NCBI GenBank assembly: GCA_051362555.1
Contig: CM120642.1
Location: forward strand, 5,394,001 to 5,458,000
DNA length: 64,000 bases
Origin: Lingula anatina
Lineage: Eukaryota; Animalia; Brachiopoda
Direction of reading: 5' to 3'
The position numbers and the translations under genes were made by a program. Below the pieces are notes generated by a model. The model made no database searches, was not told the DNA's origin, and saw only the letters and a list, made by a program, of their open reading frames with translations. This document shows positions 1 through 12,635 of the stretch, piece by piece; within the stretch, counting starts at the first letter, position 1; each line of letters opens with the position of its first letter.

Positions 1-3000
1 ATGAGGTTGATGCTAGGAGCCAATTGAATTTGTGATCTTTAACAGATCTTTCGTACTAACTCATGTTCAACAGAGTGCATGAGTACCTGTGGTCCCAAAG
101 GTTAATTTAGATGACCTCAATATGGCCTCCAGGAGGATTTTGTCTTGAAAATATTTTTATCATGAAACATGTTTTTATTACAGACTATTGAGTTAACACC
201 TAGATGGCTTGATTTGCAGTAGAATCAATGGAAAAAATCAGTGATTGTTGAATAAATCAATGAGCCATATGTGTTGCACTTAGGCTGCAGATCATAAAGT
301 ACATTTTTCACCGTTTTTTTTTTTTTTTCCCTGTTTCGCATGATTTTGACTGGTTATGTAATTACGCTATGGGTTTTTTTACACCCACTCTCACAAGTCC
401 ACATCCAAATGTATGGACCAATTTATCAAACTTACTCTGAATGACTGACTGTGTTAAGGTAATTGGGAAGGGGGTGGATGGGTCCATTAATTTAGATCTC
501 TAAGACGTAATAGCTAGTCTATTAAGTTGTCAGTTTCTTGAAGTGGTTTGAAACAGAAAAGTGTACCACATATGATATGAAAATGGCCTTGAAATGATTG
601 GCTGGAGTGGATTGATTTAGATGGGACACTAGTCTCTACCAAGGCAATGACATTTTGTCTCCTCTATTCTATTCTATTCTGGTCAGAGTTGTCTCTGTCA
701 CAGTGCATTATGTTATCAGGTAAATATAATGAAGGCCTCAGTTTTGAACACCACTCACAGAGTAATACTTGAGTATAATTTATGTATTATTTAGTGATTA
801 TATATATATAACAATAATTATAATTATTTTACACTGTATTTTTATATCCCTTCATGAAAGGATAGCCTTGCAGTCAACAATATTATTATTATTAATTTTT
901 CAAATGATTTGCTTTTGGTGAGATAATATTCCTCAATATCCTTTCCCATGAAAGATTTAACTGTCTTAATGTATGCTATCTCAGGTATGCAAACTTATGA
1001 TATATTAGGAGTGTTCTAACAGTTTTATAAAATTAAGTTTGAGTTCAATCAAAATAATACAATGATAAATATTGAAATGTTAAACAGGTAGAAAAATGCC
1101 TTCAAAGCCTGAATTTACCTGTAAGATGATTGGGGACTGTGTATAGCTGAATTATGTATATGATATAGCAAAGCGTAGGCTTGTGTCTAGATTATCAGGG
1201 GTGAATGATCAACATATACATATGATATAGAAATGTGAATTGGACTGCGTGGTAGAGAAGTATAAAAAGGACCATCAATGTTAAGAATATTTTATAGATA
1301 CATGTAGTTAGTCTGTGGGATGAATATAGCATTGATAGACAGGAATAGGTACAATGGTGAGTGGCTCTTTGGAAAAATAGATAAAAGATCCTTAGATTCT
1401 CAAAACAGTGTGCTAGTACAACAACAACAACAACTGCCAACAATGCTAATCGAGGCATCTTCAAAATGAAAGGGAGTTCATGAGAGTTGTCCTTTAGTTA
1501 TTTATGAAAACAAGTTCTGGATTGCTAGGTTCTAGTGACTGAGGTGAATCACCTGCAGGTGACTGCGCAACACTTGGTAGGTAAAGAGGATTTTCTGTGG
1601 TTATGTCAAGGTTTTAAATTTTATCTACTTTTCTTTGGTTTAACAAGGTTTCCTATCTGATTCTGTCATGCAGTGCAAAAAAATAGTAACATGACATGCA
1701 TGCACGTACGTACATTAAAAGACTGGAAGTGTGCACCCCAGCAATTCTACTAACCGAAGCAAGAAATTGCTCAAGCGAAGTCCTCTTCAACAGGAAAGCA
1801 ATGAAAAAGAGGAAATGTGCTCAATGTACGATTTCCTCGAGTATGCCTTGGTTACAAAAATTTGTCAGACTAGCTTTAGTACATATATGTGATTTGTTGC
1901 TCTTTCAGTGCTGGGAGACTCACAGCCTTTGATAATATTCTGTAAAAGGGCAGACAAGGCTGTTTGAAAAAAAGGATTAAATACAGTAAATGCTCATAAA
2001 AATTTAAGAAAGGAATTAACCATTTTTTCCGTAAACATTGTTTTGTTAATTATATCTAAGATCTAATATACCATCCGTTTATTAGATCTTAAGTTATATT
2101 AAAATTGTTCATTTAGTGCTTCTGAAAAGTTAGTTGACTTTATAAATGTCAGAGAGAACATTTTTTTAATATAATTAGAATGATCATTCATTTTCTGAAT
2201 TTTTTAAGCTATAGCAGAAAAGTCTTTCAGAAAGATAGATTCCAAAATGCAGTAACAATAAATATAGACAAATACTTTGGCCAATCAAAAATAAGTTTTC
2301 AGGTGAATGAGGCAATGCATTATAAAGCTATAAATGCACCCATTTGTATGTATACATATTTTGATGGATAATATCAGTACTGCAAACCAAGGTTATCATG
2401 TTTATTTCTGCAAAGCAGAACAAGACAAAGCACTTGACAATGTGTATTTAGAGTAGAATTTTTTAAAATGATTCTCTTTGTTGGCTCTATCTCTTTCTCT
2501 CTCTCATTGACTCTCTTATTCTCTTTCTTTGTTTTAAAAAAAGAAAATTTGATTTTGAAAACATAAATTTAATCCTTGTGTGGCTTGAGCAAGGCTTATT
2601 TTGCATTTTCTCTCCAAGTCAGGAAAACAAGAATTTGAAAAAAAGGAGAAAGTGCATTTATCTCTAGGAGAAATTTATGACTTCAGAAACACTTGATCTT
2701 CCAGTGAATGGTAAGTGCTAGGTCCTATTACAGCTGATAATTTAGTACTGATATATAGCATCTGGATCCAGAAGATTAATACTTCTGCGTGGGAAGTGTG
2801 GGATTACACTTATATTCCTAGTAAACACTAGGTTTGAGATTATTAGAGACCTGTTTTATTGTATGCTCAGAGTTCCTGCCAAGTTTACTGTGTGGCTAAA
2901 ACTGGATGAATAAGTTATATGTGGTAGGTTCATATAAATTTGATCTTTTCATTGGGTGGAAAATTGTGAATTTTACAGATACTGTATTTTTTTAAGTAAT

Positions 3001-6000
3001 AATTTCTTAAAATAAGAGCATACCCGGTACCTATTGAGTGGTTGCAACCAAATTGAAAAGCAGAATACCTTATAGGTATATTTTATGCATTAAAAGAACT
3101 TCAAATACTATACAAAAATATAATATTTTAAAATGATGTATCTGAAAGTTTGATAATTTTTGCCCATGAAAAGATTGAGTCATTAACGTTTGCAGTTTCT
3201 AGTAAGACTTAGTGCTTGATCATGACAAGGGCACGTTTTTGAAGGCGGATGTAACAAACAAGTGGATATTCAGACTCTCTTGTCTTAAAACATATATCTT
3301 GAAGGTGGGGGGGGGGGAGATGCATGACAGTTGCAGATTTGTTTTGAAATGGATAACATTATTTTTCCTGACAAAGACCAGGCAAGTTCAAGTTAAAACC
3401 TCATTTATCAAACAACTAATTAACATATACATATACATAATTTAAATGTGAGAACTGTCCATTTCTTGTTCACTTGCATATTTTGAAGCATTTTTCTTAA
3501 ACATTAATTAATTGTTATATAGTTAATGATAGAAATAAAGAACTGTTTTCCTCAAATATCAAGTTTTTTTTTTCTAAATTGAATGCCTTAATTCAGAATC
3601 AATATTCTTTTTTAAAAGATGATGAATTATGGGCTAATTTGTGTCTTAAAGTGAATTCAACAGTTATTGAGCAAGCTCAGGCATAGCAATTGTTTTCTAA
3701 TAGCCAAGCTTACCAATTGCATCAAGGCAAAAATGAAGAAATCAATAGAATATTTCATAGGAAGCTACTGTCGACAAGGAATGCTGAATGAACATGGTCT
3801 GCACTCGGTCAGCGCTCTACGTAAATTTGAGTAGAGTTCTAGAATTTGATAATAGAATCTAGTGGTATGAAGACATGAATCATCATTTGCAAGCTAAATT
3901 GCCGTTTCAACCACAATTTTACTTCAAATGCCACAGTTGCAGATTTCTTATTTTCTGTCACGTTTTTCGTGCTGAAGTCTTTGTCTACTTTTGTTTAGCC
4001 AGGTAGCTGTAGCTAGTGCAGGACAATATCATAAGATACCGAAAAAACTGCTTGACTGGTAAAATTAGCAGATGTGTAGGCTGATATCCATGTCTGAAAT
4101 AGAAAAGGAATTGAATGCAAGACAGGTTAGGGAAAATGTGTTTAAAGGAATATTTTGTCAAAATATAGAGGAGTTGTCAGTTATAAAATACAAGTCAGTT
4201 TTCAATGAAAACTGTATGTATTTATGAGAAGAATTTCATCAGCTGTGGTATAAGGATGAAGTGTTGTTTTTTTTCTTCAATCAAACAAGTCAACAGCTAA
4301 ATATTGAAATCTTGTAAAAGCTTCATACATTTTTGATGTCAAAATTATGTCTTTTGTGAAATTGTAAGACATTGAATAGTTTAAACCGTTTGAAAGAATG
4401 CTCAAAATTTCAAATTGCAGTTCACTATCTATATTCATATTTCAAGTGATATGTTTTTTGTTTTCTTTCCACAAATGCTAGAACTAAAAAAAAATTGATG
4501 ATGTTTACAGAAATCATATTTTGATAAGGCAATGTGGTAGATTCTCACCATGGCAACTTAAGGTGTGTCACCTTTGGTGATCTAATCATAATTATCTCTT
4601 AATAATGATGAGATAGGTTACGCAGTAATTAATCTATAGCAACAGACTGACATGTAGATCTTAGACTTAAATATAACAGAAAATTGTTCGTAAATTTCTG
4701 GAAATTTTGACATTTTTTTTCCTTAATCACCTAAGTATTTCCCATCCAATTGTGATTTAAAATTGTAATCTATAAACCTGTTTTCCAGTTCAGAATTTCT
4801 ATTTTTTTCCGTTTAATAATGAGTGCAATTCACCCGTCTCCCTAATCTCTATTATGAAACAGACTCAAAAATTTGAAACTGATAACTTCAGCCTGAGTTT
4901 TAAATAGTTAAATATTTTATCAGCGGTTTTCGGTATGCTGTACTTTGGTGATTATAAGGGGAATTGCTATACTTTCCTGAAAATGTCCATTGTTTATCGT
5001 GTGCTTTGTATAGAGTTACTGTAAAGATTTCTATGTATGTGTGTAGTACATAAAACCATTGAGCAAATGACACTTGATATAACTACAAGTTCTCCTTCCC
5101 TCCAGTGCTAAGTTTCTTAAATATTGAAACGCGTACCTAGAACAGATCAATACTGAGGTGCCGGGATTATCAATAGTTTCAATTACTTAAATCCCAGAGG
5201 ATGAACACAAGGTACTGGTGGGAGTCAGGTTGACAAGACTTGTTTAGGTAGATTGTTGTTTGTAATGATGTAAATGTGTCACAGAATGGAAGATCCGATG
5301 TCCTTGAATGTATTGTGATTGCTTGCTGAGTTCTCACACATGATTTGAGTACAGATATTGGGTAAATTCAGTCGTAGGAGGAAGTCACGTTATCAGTCAG
5401 TCTTTTAATTGGATACTTGTGTGAGTATACCGTTGTTATTTTTTAAGTGCATGTGACTAAACATGAATAATATTTGTTGCTGAGCGTATTCTGGTGATGG
5501 ATTAGTAATCACTTGTGGTTTAATTTAGGGGGAAAAAGACCCATATAACATTGTAAATTTTACTAGTTCATGATGAAAAATAATGCGAGTTTCTGTACAT
5601 GTAGATAAGGGCATAGATTAGAAGTTTATTATACAAAATATCTTCCAGGTGAATAAAAACCTTTTACTTTACTGTGCATTTTGTCTGTGGTCTGTGGATT
5701 AACTGGTTGTCGGTGGTCTGTGGATTAACTGGTTGTCACTATAATGCCTCATGGGACTTCCCTTGTACACATGTTTGACCCAAAGTGAAGACATCTTTTG
5801 ATCAGTTGAACCATTGGAGTAATGAACCCGTAGACTGTTATCTCAGCGTTAATTATGACATTTGTTACAATTTGAATGGTCTTGATTGGTACAAAAGGTC
5901 ACAGTTAAATGTTAATGAAGCAATTATTTATACTTTCAGTTCTTAGCAGTTAGCCTGGGATATTTTGCCCGTGATTGTATATTTTGTGATTTAAGATATT

Positions 6001-7771
6001 TCAAAATATTTTTAAAATATGTTTTTATGATGATATACAATTTTATGTCTTTGGAATAGTAGGTATGTACGTGTCACTACCAACCATAGAAATATATATT
6101 TTTGAGAATTACATGTGCATGCATGAGGAAGAACATTTTAATAAGACGAGTTAACATAAAAAATGGGTATCTAGTTGAAAGGACTTTTAATAGATTTAGT
6201 TTACTAAGGTCTTATTCGTATATTCCATATGTCACCAGTCTCAGTAGAGCTTACCACAGATAACAATATACTTGGCATAGTTTTGGCCGTGTCATTCATA
6301 CTACATGGCTGTAGACTTTTCTCACCTCCCTTGGGAGGAAAGAAGCCATATGAGGAGCTGAAAGCTAGCATACGGACAATATGATCTTTCACTGCCAGCT
6401 AGACCAGGTACGCTACCCCTGCTGCTATACATGTTCCAGCTAGGTGAGCATCAAGCAAGCAGAAACCACAGGTACTGTTTTTGAAGAATTTGTGTGGACT
6501 CCAGTGCTCATGCCTAATTCCCTCTTTGAGGGCCAATTGACACTGACCACAGATTGTTGGTACAAGGGTATAGGTACAAAACCTTCTTCTCCTGATAGCA
6601 TTTTGATAATTTATTACATGAAAGTGAAAGAATTCCAAAATAGTAATGTAGTCAAAAAGCAACGCTGATGATAGGGAGTAATTAATGCTTAATGTTGCAT
6701 TAGCATTTTGGTGCTGGTGCTACATGTATTTTGGAGTCCATATGGATGTGATATTTATTGGACTCATCACAGATAGTACAAATACCACAGAGACCAAGTC
6801 TTTAATGCACCTTAATGGTGGTCATTATGGCTTAATTCTCAAATCATTTATGCATAATGCTGACTGGCAGATACTTTAGACATGCTTTAATGCGAGGATG
6901 ATTATGGTGGAAAACCACTGTATATTTTAAAGATTGTCAAAAACTGTGAATAGACCAGCATCATTGATGTCTCAGTTGGTGATCTGTGTACTATACTACA
7001 GTAGGTGCTGATGTGACAAAAAAAATGAAGTGTTCATATAGAACAAGGGAGCATGCACTATATAACCAATGCATTTCCAGGCAGACTCCTCTACTTTTGT
7101 GCTAATTGTAATAGATCTCAGGATGCATGTGCAGCATACATGGCAATTAAACCCCATTCAGTTGGTTGTGTTAATTGGGGTTTTAAGATTATGGGTGAAA
7201 ATCATTTGTTTACGAAAGCAATCCAAAACAATCATAGCTTATACAATCTAATCAAATCTCTGCACGGAAGCAAGTTTACCTGGTGCCAAATGTAATTACT
7301 GGTAAGCTTTGTTCGCTTGCCAACCTTAAACCTACTGCTATTTTTTTCCCATTTGAAAAAATATATGTGCAAAATTATGATGCCGATTTCCTTGAAATTA
7401 AGGATGGTCACACTCAGTCAACTTTTCAGTTTTGTGTGGTGTAGTAAAACCTTTTTTTATTTACTTCTTATCAAATAGAAGAAGCATAAACTTGTATGAG
7501 TCTATTAAGAGCTGATATTAATTACAGAGTTCTAAGAATTGTGATCTTTTCTGAGCCGAACATGATTGGAAATGAGTCACTGCTGTTCCATAGCACTAAT
7601 CATATACAGTTTGACAGCTAGCATATGGTTACAATACAATTGCCCCCAGGGTGAGGGCTAATACATAAATATTATGTAAGAGTCACTTTCAATCCTTCTA
7701 GTCGCTCAGATTATATGAAAAAGTTCACTAATGATTCATTATATTGGCTTACATACATGTACATATATATG

Positions 7772-8065
7772 AACTAGAAACCAGAGAGGGCAGACCTCCA
7801 CCAAGGACTTCACACTGATAAATTGTGGTAGTTGAGAGCACATTTGTTGCACAACAGGCCAAGGTCATTGGCAATATTTTGCAATGGTGATGATACTTTA
7901 AAAACATTCTTGGATCCAGATGGTGATCTGAATCGCCAATTACCACCAATATCCAATTATTTTTAAGTTTGCCCATTTGTGGCTTAATCTGAAAATTTCA
8001 TTAAAAATCCATCAGCATGACTCGATGGGCTGGTGACAAACAGTCAGATTAACAGAGGTTAATAA
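7772..8065 (-). mobile_element. Degenerate short Helentron-type non-autonomous element (same family as 58528-58764)
   Basis: Reverse complement ends ccttggtggaggtctgccctctctggtttctagtt, matching the 3' end at 58725-58764. Confidence 0.55.
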
Positions 8066-10177
8066 ATACCCCTTAATCCCTAAACAATCAGAATGTTGGC
8101 TAACGCATATCAATAAAGTCACCAGCAATCTCTAATTACTCACAGTGTTTGCTAATGTATATGAACAATTGATTGAAACTTCGATCCCCAGGTGAAAATT
8201 GGAGTATATATACTGATAATCAGTCAAATTCCTGGGCTACACTTAATTGAATACAAATCTAATTTGATTACTTCTTGTTTTATTTAAAGGTGTCCTATCT
8301 TGTATTTCTCCACCAAATTAATTTTTCCTCGCAGAAAAAAAGGAAATTTTCCTCTTCACAAATCATTGCTCAGCCTGCCCCAAGATACCATAGTATACTA
8401 TAGCTTGTACGTAAGTTATTAAACCTCTTACACTAAGGCAAATAAAGAATGCTAACTTTTTAGCTGAAATATGGTAGCAGAAGACAGCCATTTCACTTAT
8501 ATATCCCAGTGGAAGGAACTTCAAAAAAGTCAAAACTCCAAAATTTAAATATTAATGATTAAAAAAAGGTAAATAAAAAAAAAAAAAAAAAGATACCAGG
8601 TACTCAGATTTGCATTTTTTAAAATTTGAAATTTCAATTTTTCTTATTTTCAATTTTTAATAGAGAACGTTTCACTAGTTTTTAGTTATTAAGTTAAAAA
8701 AAGCACATTTAGTAATATTTTTCTGATATCCTCTCATATCCTTTTTATAAAATTTTCTGACGGTCTTTTATAAAGAAAAAAATGAAATGTCATTGTTCTG
8801 GGTTTTTTTTAATAACCTGTGATTCTCTGAAAAAAAAATTCAACTAATGACGTAATGGGTATACTGTGTAACAACTGAATGATTAATAGAGAGTTTCCTT
8901 TGTAAATAATTGATGACTGTGAAGATGCACATTTTTTTTGTTGTAGGAATAAAGAATGGTGGGCAAATATATATCTCTATATTAAAATCAAAGTGGTTTA
9001 AGTCTTCCTTGCTACCCTGGCAGTCACTTCCAACGTATATGCTGTCAATTTTAATAATATGGCAAAACCGGCCTAGATACAAATATTATTATTGATTTAC
9101 TAGGAGGTGAGGGGTGCAGAGGGATATTGTTAATAACAACAGAAATGTCTTTATCAGAACGCAAGTAGTTTTTAAGATAGAGTAAGGTGTCAGTTGATTC
9201 CAGGTACCAGTAGAATGTGTGTAATTTCATTTGCCAGCATTTTTAATTGTGTCTTAAAATTACTTTGATGTACGTTTCATTGCTGATGGCAGTCCAGAAC
9301 TGTAGCAAGCACTTTCAAATTTCTTTTTCTGAGAATGTGGAGCTTTCTCCCCTAAATGAAACCAATTTTGAGGTATTGGAATAAATATCGGATTTTAAAT
9401 CAGAGTAGATCTTTTCAAGCTAAAAGAGTAATGCTTACAAACCCCAGCCCCCCCCCCCCCCCCCCATCCCAGCATATAGCTGGTAGGCCTACTGCCTTAG
9501 TCTCTTTTAAATAACTATTTAGCCCTCTGATCATTGTTTAAAAAATCCAATTTAAAATTAATTAGCCTGATAATGGTAAAATAATGCAAGTTTGATGGGG
9601 TTTGAATAAATACTTATTAAAATAATTTTTATACTCATCAGCAACCAAAAGGCACAAGACAGTTTATTAAAATACCTTTAAAAAAGTAGCAAAGCATTAT
9701 CTGCACGAGTTTAAACCAAGACATCATGTGACATGTACTTTTGTTAAAGAGCTTTAGGAGCCACTAAAGTCAACATAAGCAAGCGCAGCATCTCTACTAT
9801 ATTTCATGGGCACATTTGGGACAAAAAAGCCAAAATATGTAGTTAGTCGGCTAACATATTTTTAAAACTTTATTTTGTATGAAAGAGACAAAATGTCAGG
9901 GTTATCAATGAAATCGATGTACTTCCGTCTTGGGAGTTCAACCCCCGTAAACCTCTTTAACTCGGTGTGGGATGCAGGCAGTTAGTATGTCATACTAGTA
10001 GATCATTGCATATAGATGGCAGTTCAATTATTGGACATGCAGTGCATGTCTGCTTTTAAGTCTCTGTTTGAAAGGTCAAGGATTTTATCCAGCAGATTTT
10101 GATCCTATTTCCCCCCATGACCACCTCTAATTTTCAAATGTTAAATCAAATAAGACTATACTTGGGGATTGGCCTAC

Positions 10178-10296
10178 ATGTGCCCTGAGTTTCAGAGTTT
10201 GCTGGAAACTCACCTGTCTTCTGTCAACACATCTCGGCCATTTGGTGGTAATAACAGAGGTGCGCTAATTAGTGAGCTCTGAAACTAAGGGTGTGT
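10178..10296. mobile_element. Small (~110 bp) hairpin/MITE-like repeat; relative at 31345-31442
   Basis: Imperfect terminal IR ccctgagtttcagag / ctctgaaactaaggg; internal ctggaaactcac and gccattt shared with the second copy. Confidence 0.5.
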
Positions 10297-10300
10297 GAGT

Positions 10301-10525
10301 GGCTGCATTCACAACAGATGAACTGCAGACTTACTAGTCCGAGGATCAAATATGGTCAACCCCACTTGAAAGCAATGCCACTTAATTCCCTAATGGTCTC
10401 CCTGCCTACCACACGCACCTTCTCTGCAGGGGTCTAGCAATTAAACCTCAGAGCCAAGATTTAAATCTGTTTAATTATTAGGCGCCTACAGGTAAGACTG
10501 TGGATCATCTGTTCAGAATGCAGCC
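10301..10525. mobile_element. MITE with ~34-bp imperfect TIRs, related internally to 18465-18777
   Basis: ggctgcattcacaacagatgaactgcagacttac versus gtaagactgtggatcatctgttcagaatgcagcc; shared internal cttaat..taatggtctc.ctgcct. Confidence 0.55.
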
Positions 10526-12333
10526 TATGTGACTTATATGTAAAATTTCAATGACTGATTAGAAGTCAATACCCTTGGCACCTTTAAATGATTTGTTATG
10601 CATGCTGAAGATGGTGGATTGTTGATTGAACTGTTGTGTACCTTGAAGGCAAGTTTGCATCCAGGATTTCTTAAAGGAGGCAAATTAAAATGTTGTAAAT
10701 GGGAATTAACCTTTTCCTATTTAAAATTGGCATTTTTTTTTAAAATTAAGATGACACAGAGCCAAGGGACAGAGAGGGCTGGGGCAGAGGACAGTTTTCA
10801 TTACAAGATAGATAATCTTTTACTTTCTAGACTATTATTCAAGGCTTGTTAATCTGTTTACCTGATTGCATTCAGCGAGAGTCCCTGTGGAGTAAGATTG
10901 ATCTACTTAGAACAATAGTTTCATTAGGAATAAGCTCTAAAAGTCAATAAAAGTGATTAAACTTGCAACTGTATATCAGAGCATAATAAAGCAGATAAAG
11001 CATGCGTGCGTGCAAGCACATGTGGAAGATGGAAAATGAAGAAGCTGGCATCCATCCTACCTGTACCTCTCGATATCCCAGGCCATGATCAATCAATAGA
11101 TGTAAAACTATAGTCATGAATATTCTATACTTCAAGTTGTAGATTTACCAGTATTATTTAAGCTCAAAGCTCAAATAAATACTAGGATTGATTCAGTTGA
11201 TCTCAGGTTATACAAATGGTGGATACACAGTTTCATTCTGTTCATAAGAACCACAGGCCCACTCACAGTTTTTTCAGGGCAGTACAGAGAAATTCAATTT
11301 ATTGAGTGAAATTAGATGAAAGTGTTATATGAGTACTCATTAAGAGTTTGGGATGGTATACGTGTACATAATGTACCATTCATTTGTTTCGTGGTATGTT
11401 ATATTTAGAAAGTAGGATGAAACTTGATAAGAATCTTTACTGATTTCTTGGTAGTGATTAAGATGAGCTTTCAGATTTTTAAAGATTGTTTTACCTGATT
11501 TCCAGGAGAAGGAAAATTATGAGAATCAGGTGTATAATACCTAGAAAAATGAAGAAACATAATATGGGTTGTATCTGATTAAGATCCTGCTATTAATTAA
11601 ATCTTTCACAAATATTCAGAAAGAAATATCTTACAGTATTCAGAAGCTTGTATGAAAAAAGGCACCTTGAATAACTCACATGAAGCAGATATTGTACGTA
11701 CCAGCATGTTTACATCTTATATTTTTAGCATGCAAATGGAAGATTGTTACATGAGAGAACTACAATTTGTTCTTGCTAGGCTGTTAGTTATGTATATGTA
11801 CAAGTTAAAAATGAAGGTAGCAGCATTTAGAAACACTAAAATTTTCTTAGACCATATTTCAGATCATTTTGTGGGACAGGTGATTACACTGACACCTACA
11901 GGTGTGTTTCCCTTGAAATGTCCTTGTTATTAAGAAAAATGATGGGTTGGAGATTCTGAGGGCGGGGAAAGCATTTCTGTGAAATACGTCCAAGCTCTAG
12001 AAATTTAGAATTTTTTGTAATTGATTGATTTATTATTATCGATATTTCGAAGTTAGCTAAAATAGTCCTCTGGTGAGCTATTTAATATGTCTATACGGCT
12101 ATGAAAAGATGGACTTTTCACACGCTCTGAATTACTGGTTATTGATTTTAGAGGTCTCCTAATGATTTAGTTTAGATTTAAGGGGGCTGGCAAAGGGGGC
12201 ACTAGACACTATATTCCTTAAAGGTAAAAAAAAATCAAATGTGTTCTATATTGAGTAGTGGTTTGTGCTGATAAAACTTGCAACTGTACTCCCCTTGACT
12301 TTGTTTTTTATTTTTTTTTATTTTTATTTTATT

Positions 12334-12368
<35 letters not shown>

Positions 12369-12635
12369 TTTTTTGAATGAAAATAATTTTATGTGGTATT
12401 TATTTACTGTTTGGATAGAGAATATAAAGTGACATGTTTAACTTACTCTGATACATGTATTTTTAATTTAAGGACTGTAATTAGTATGAACTTACATGTA
12501 AATTGGAAGAATTTTTATAAATTTGTAGGTTTATAAGTATAACTGCAACAGTTGTGGCCATTCCCTAGCTTTTGTATGATAATGAACAATTTGTTTGTGA
12601 AAGCAGTAGACCATATGATATTTTCTAAGTCTGAA

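Noticed and set aside
5687-5737. 25-bp tandem duplication gtggtctgtggattaactggttgtc (and similar short duplications near 26850-26920)
   Set aside because: Ordinary local slippage with no further structure.
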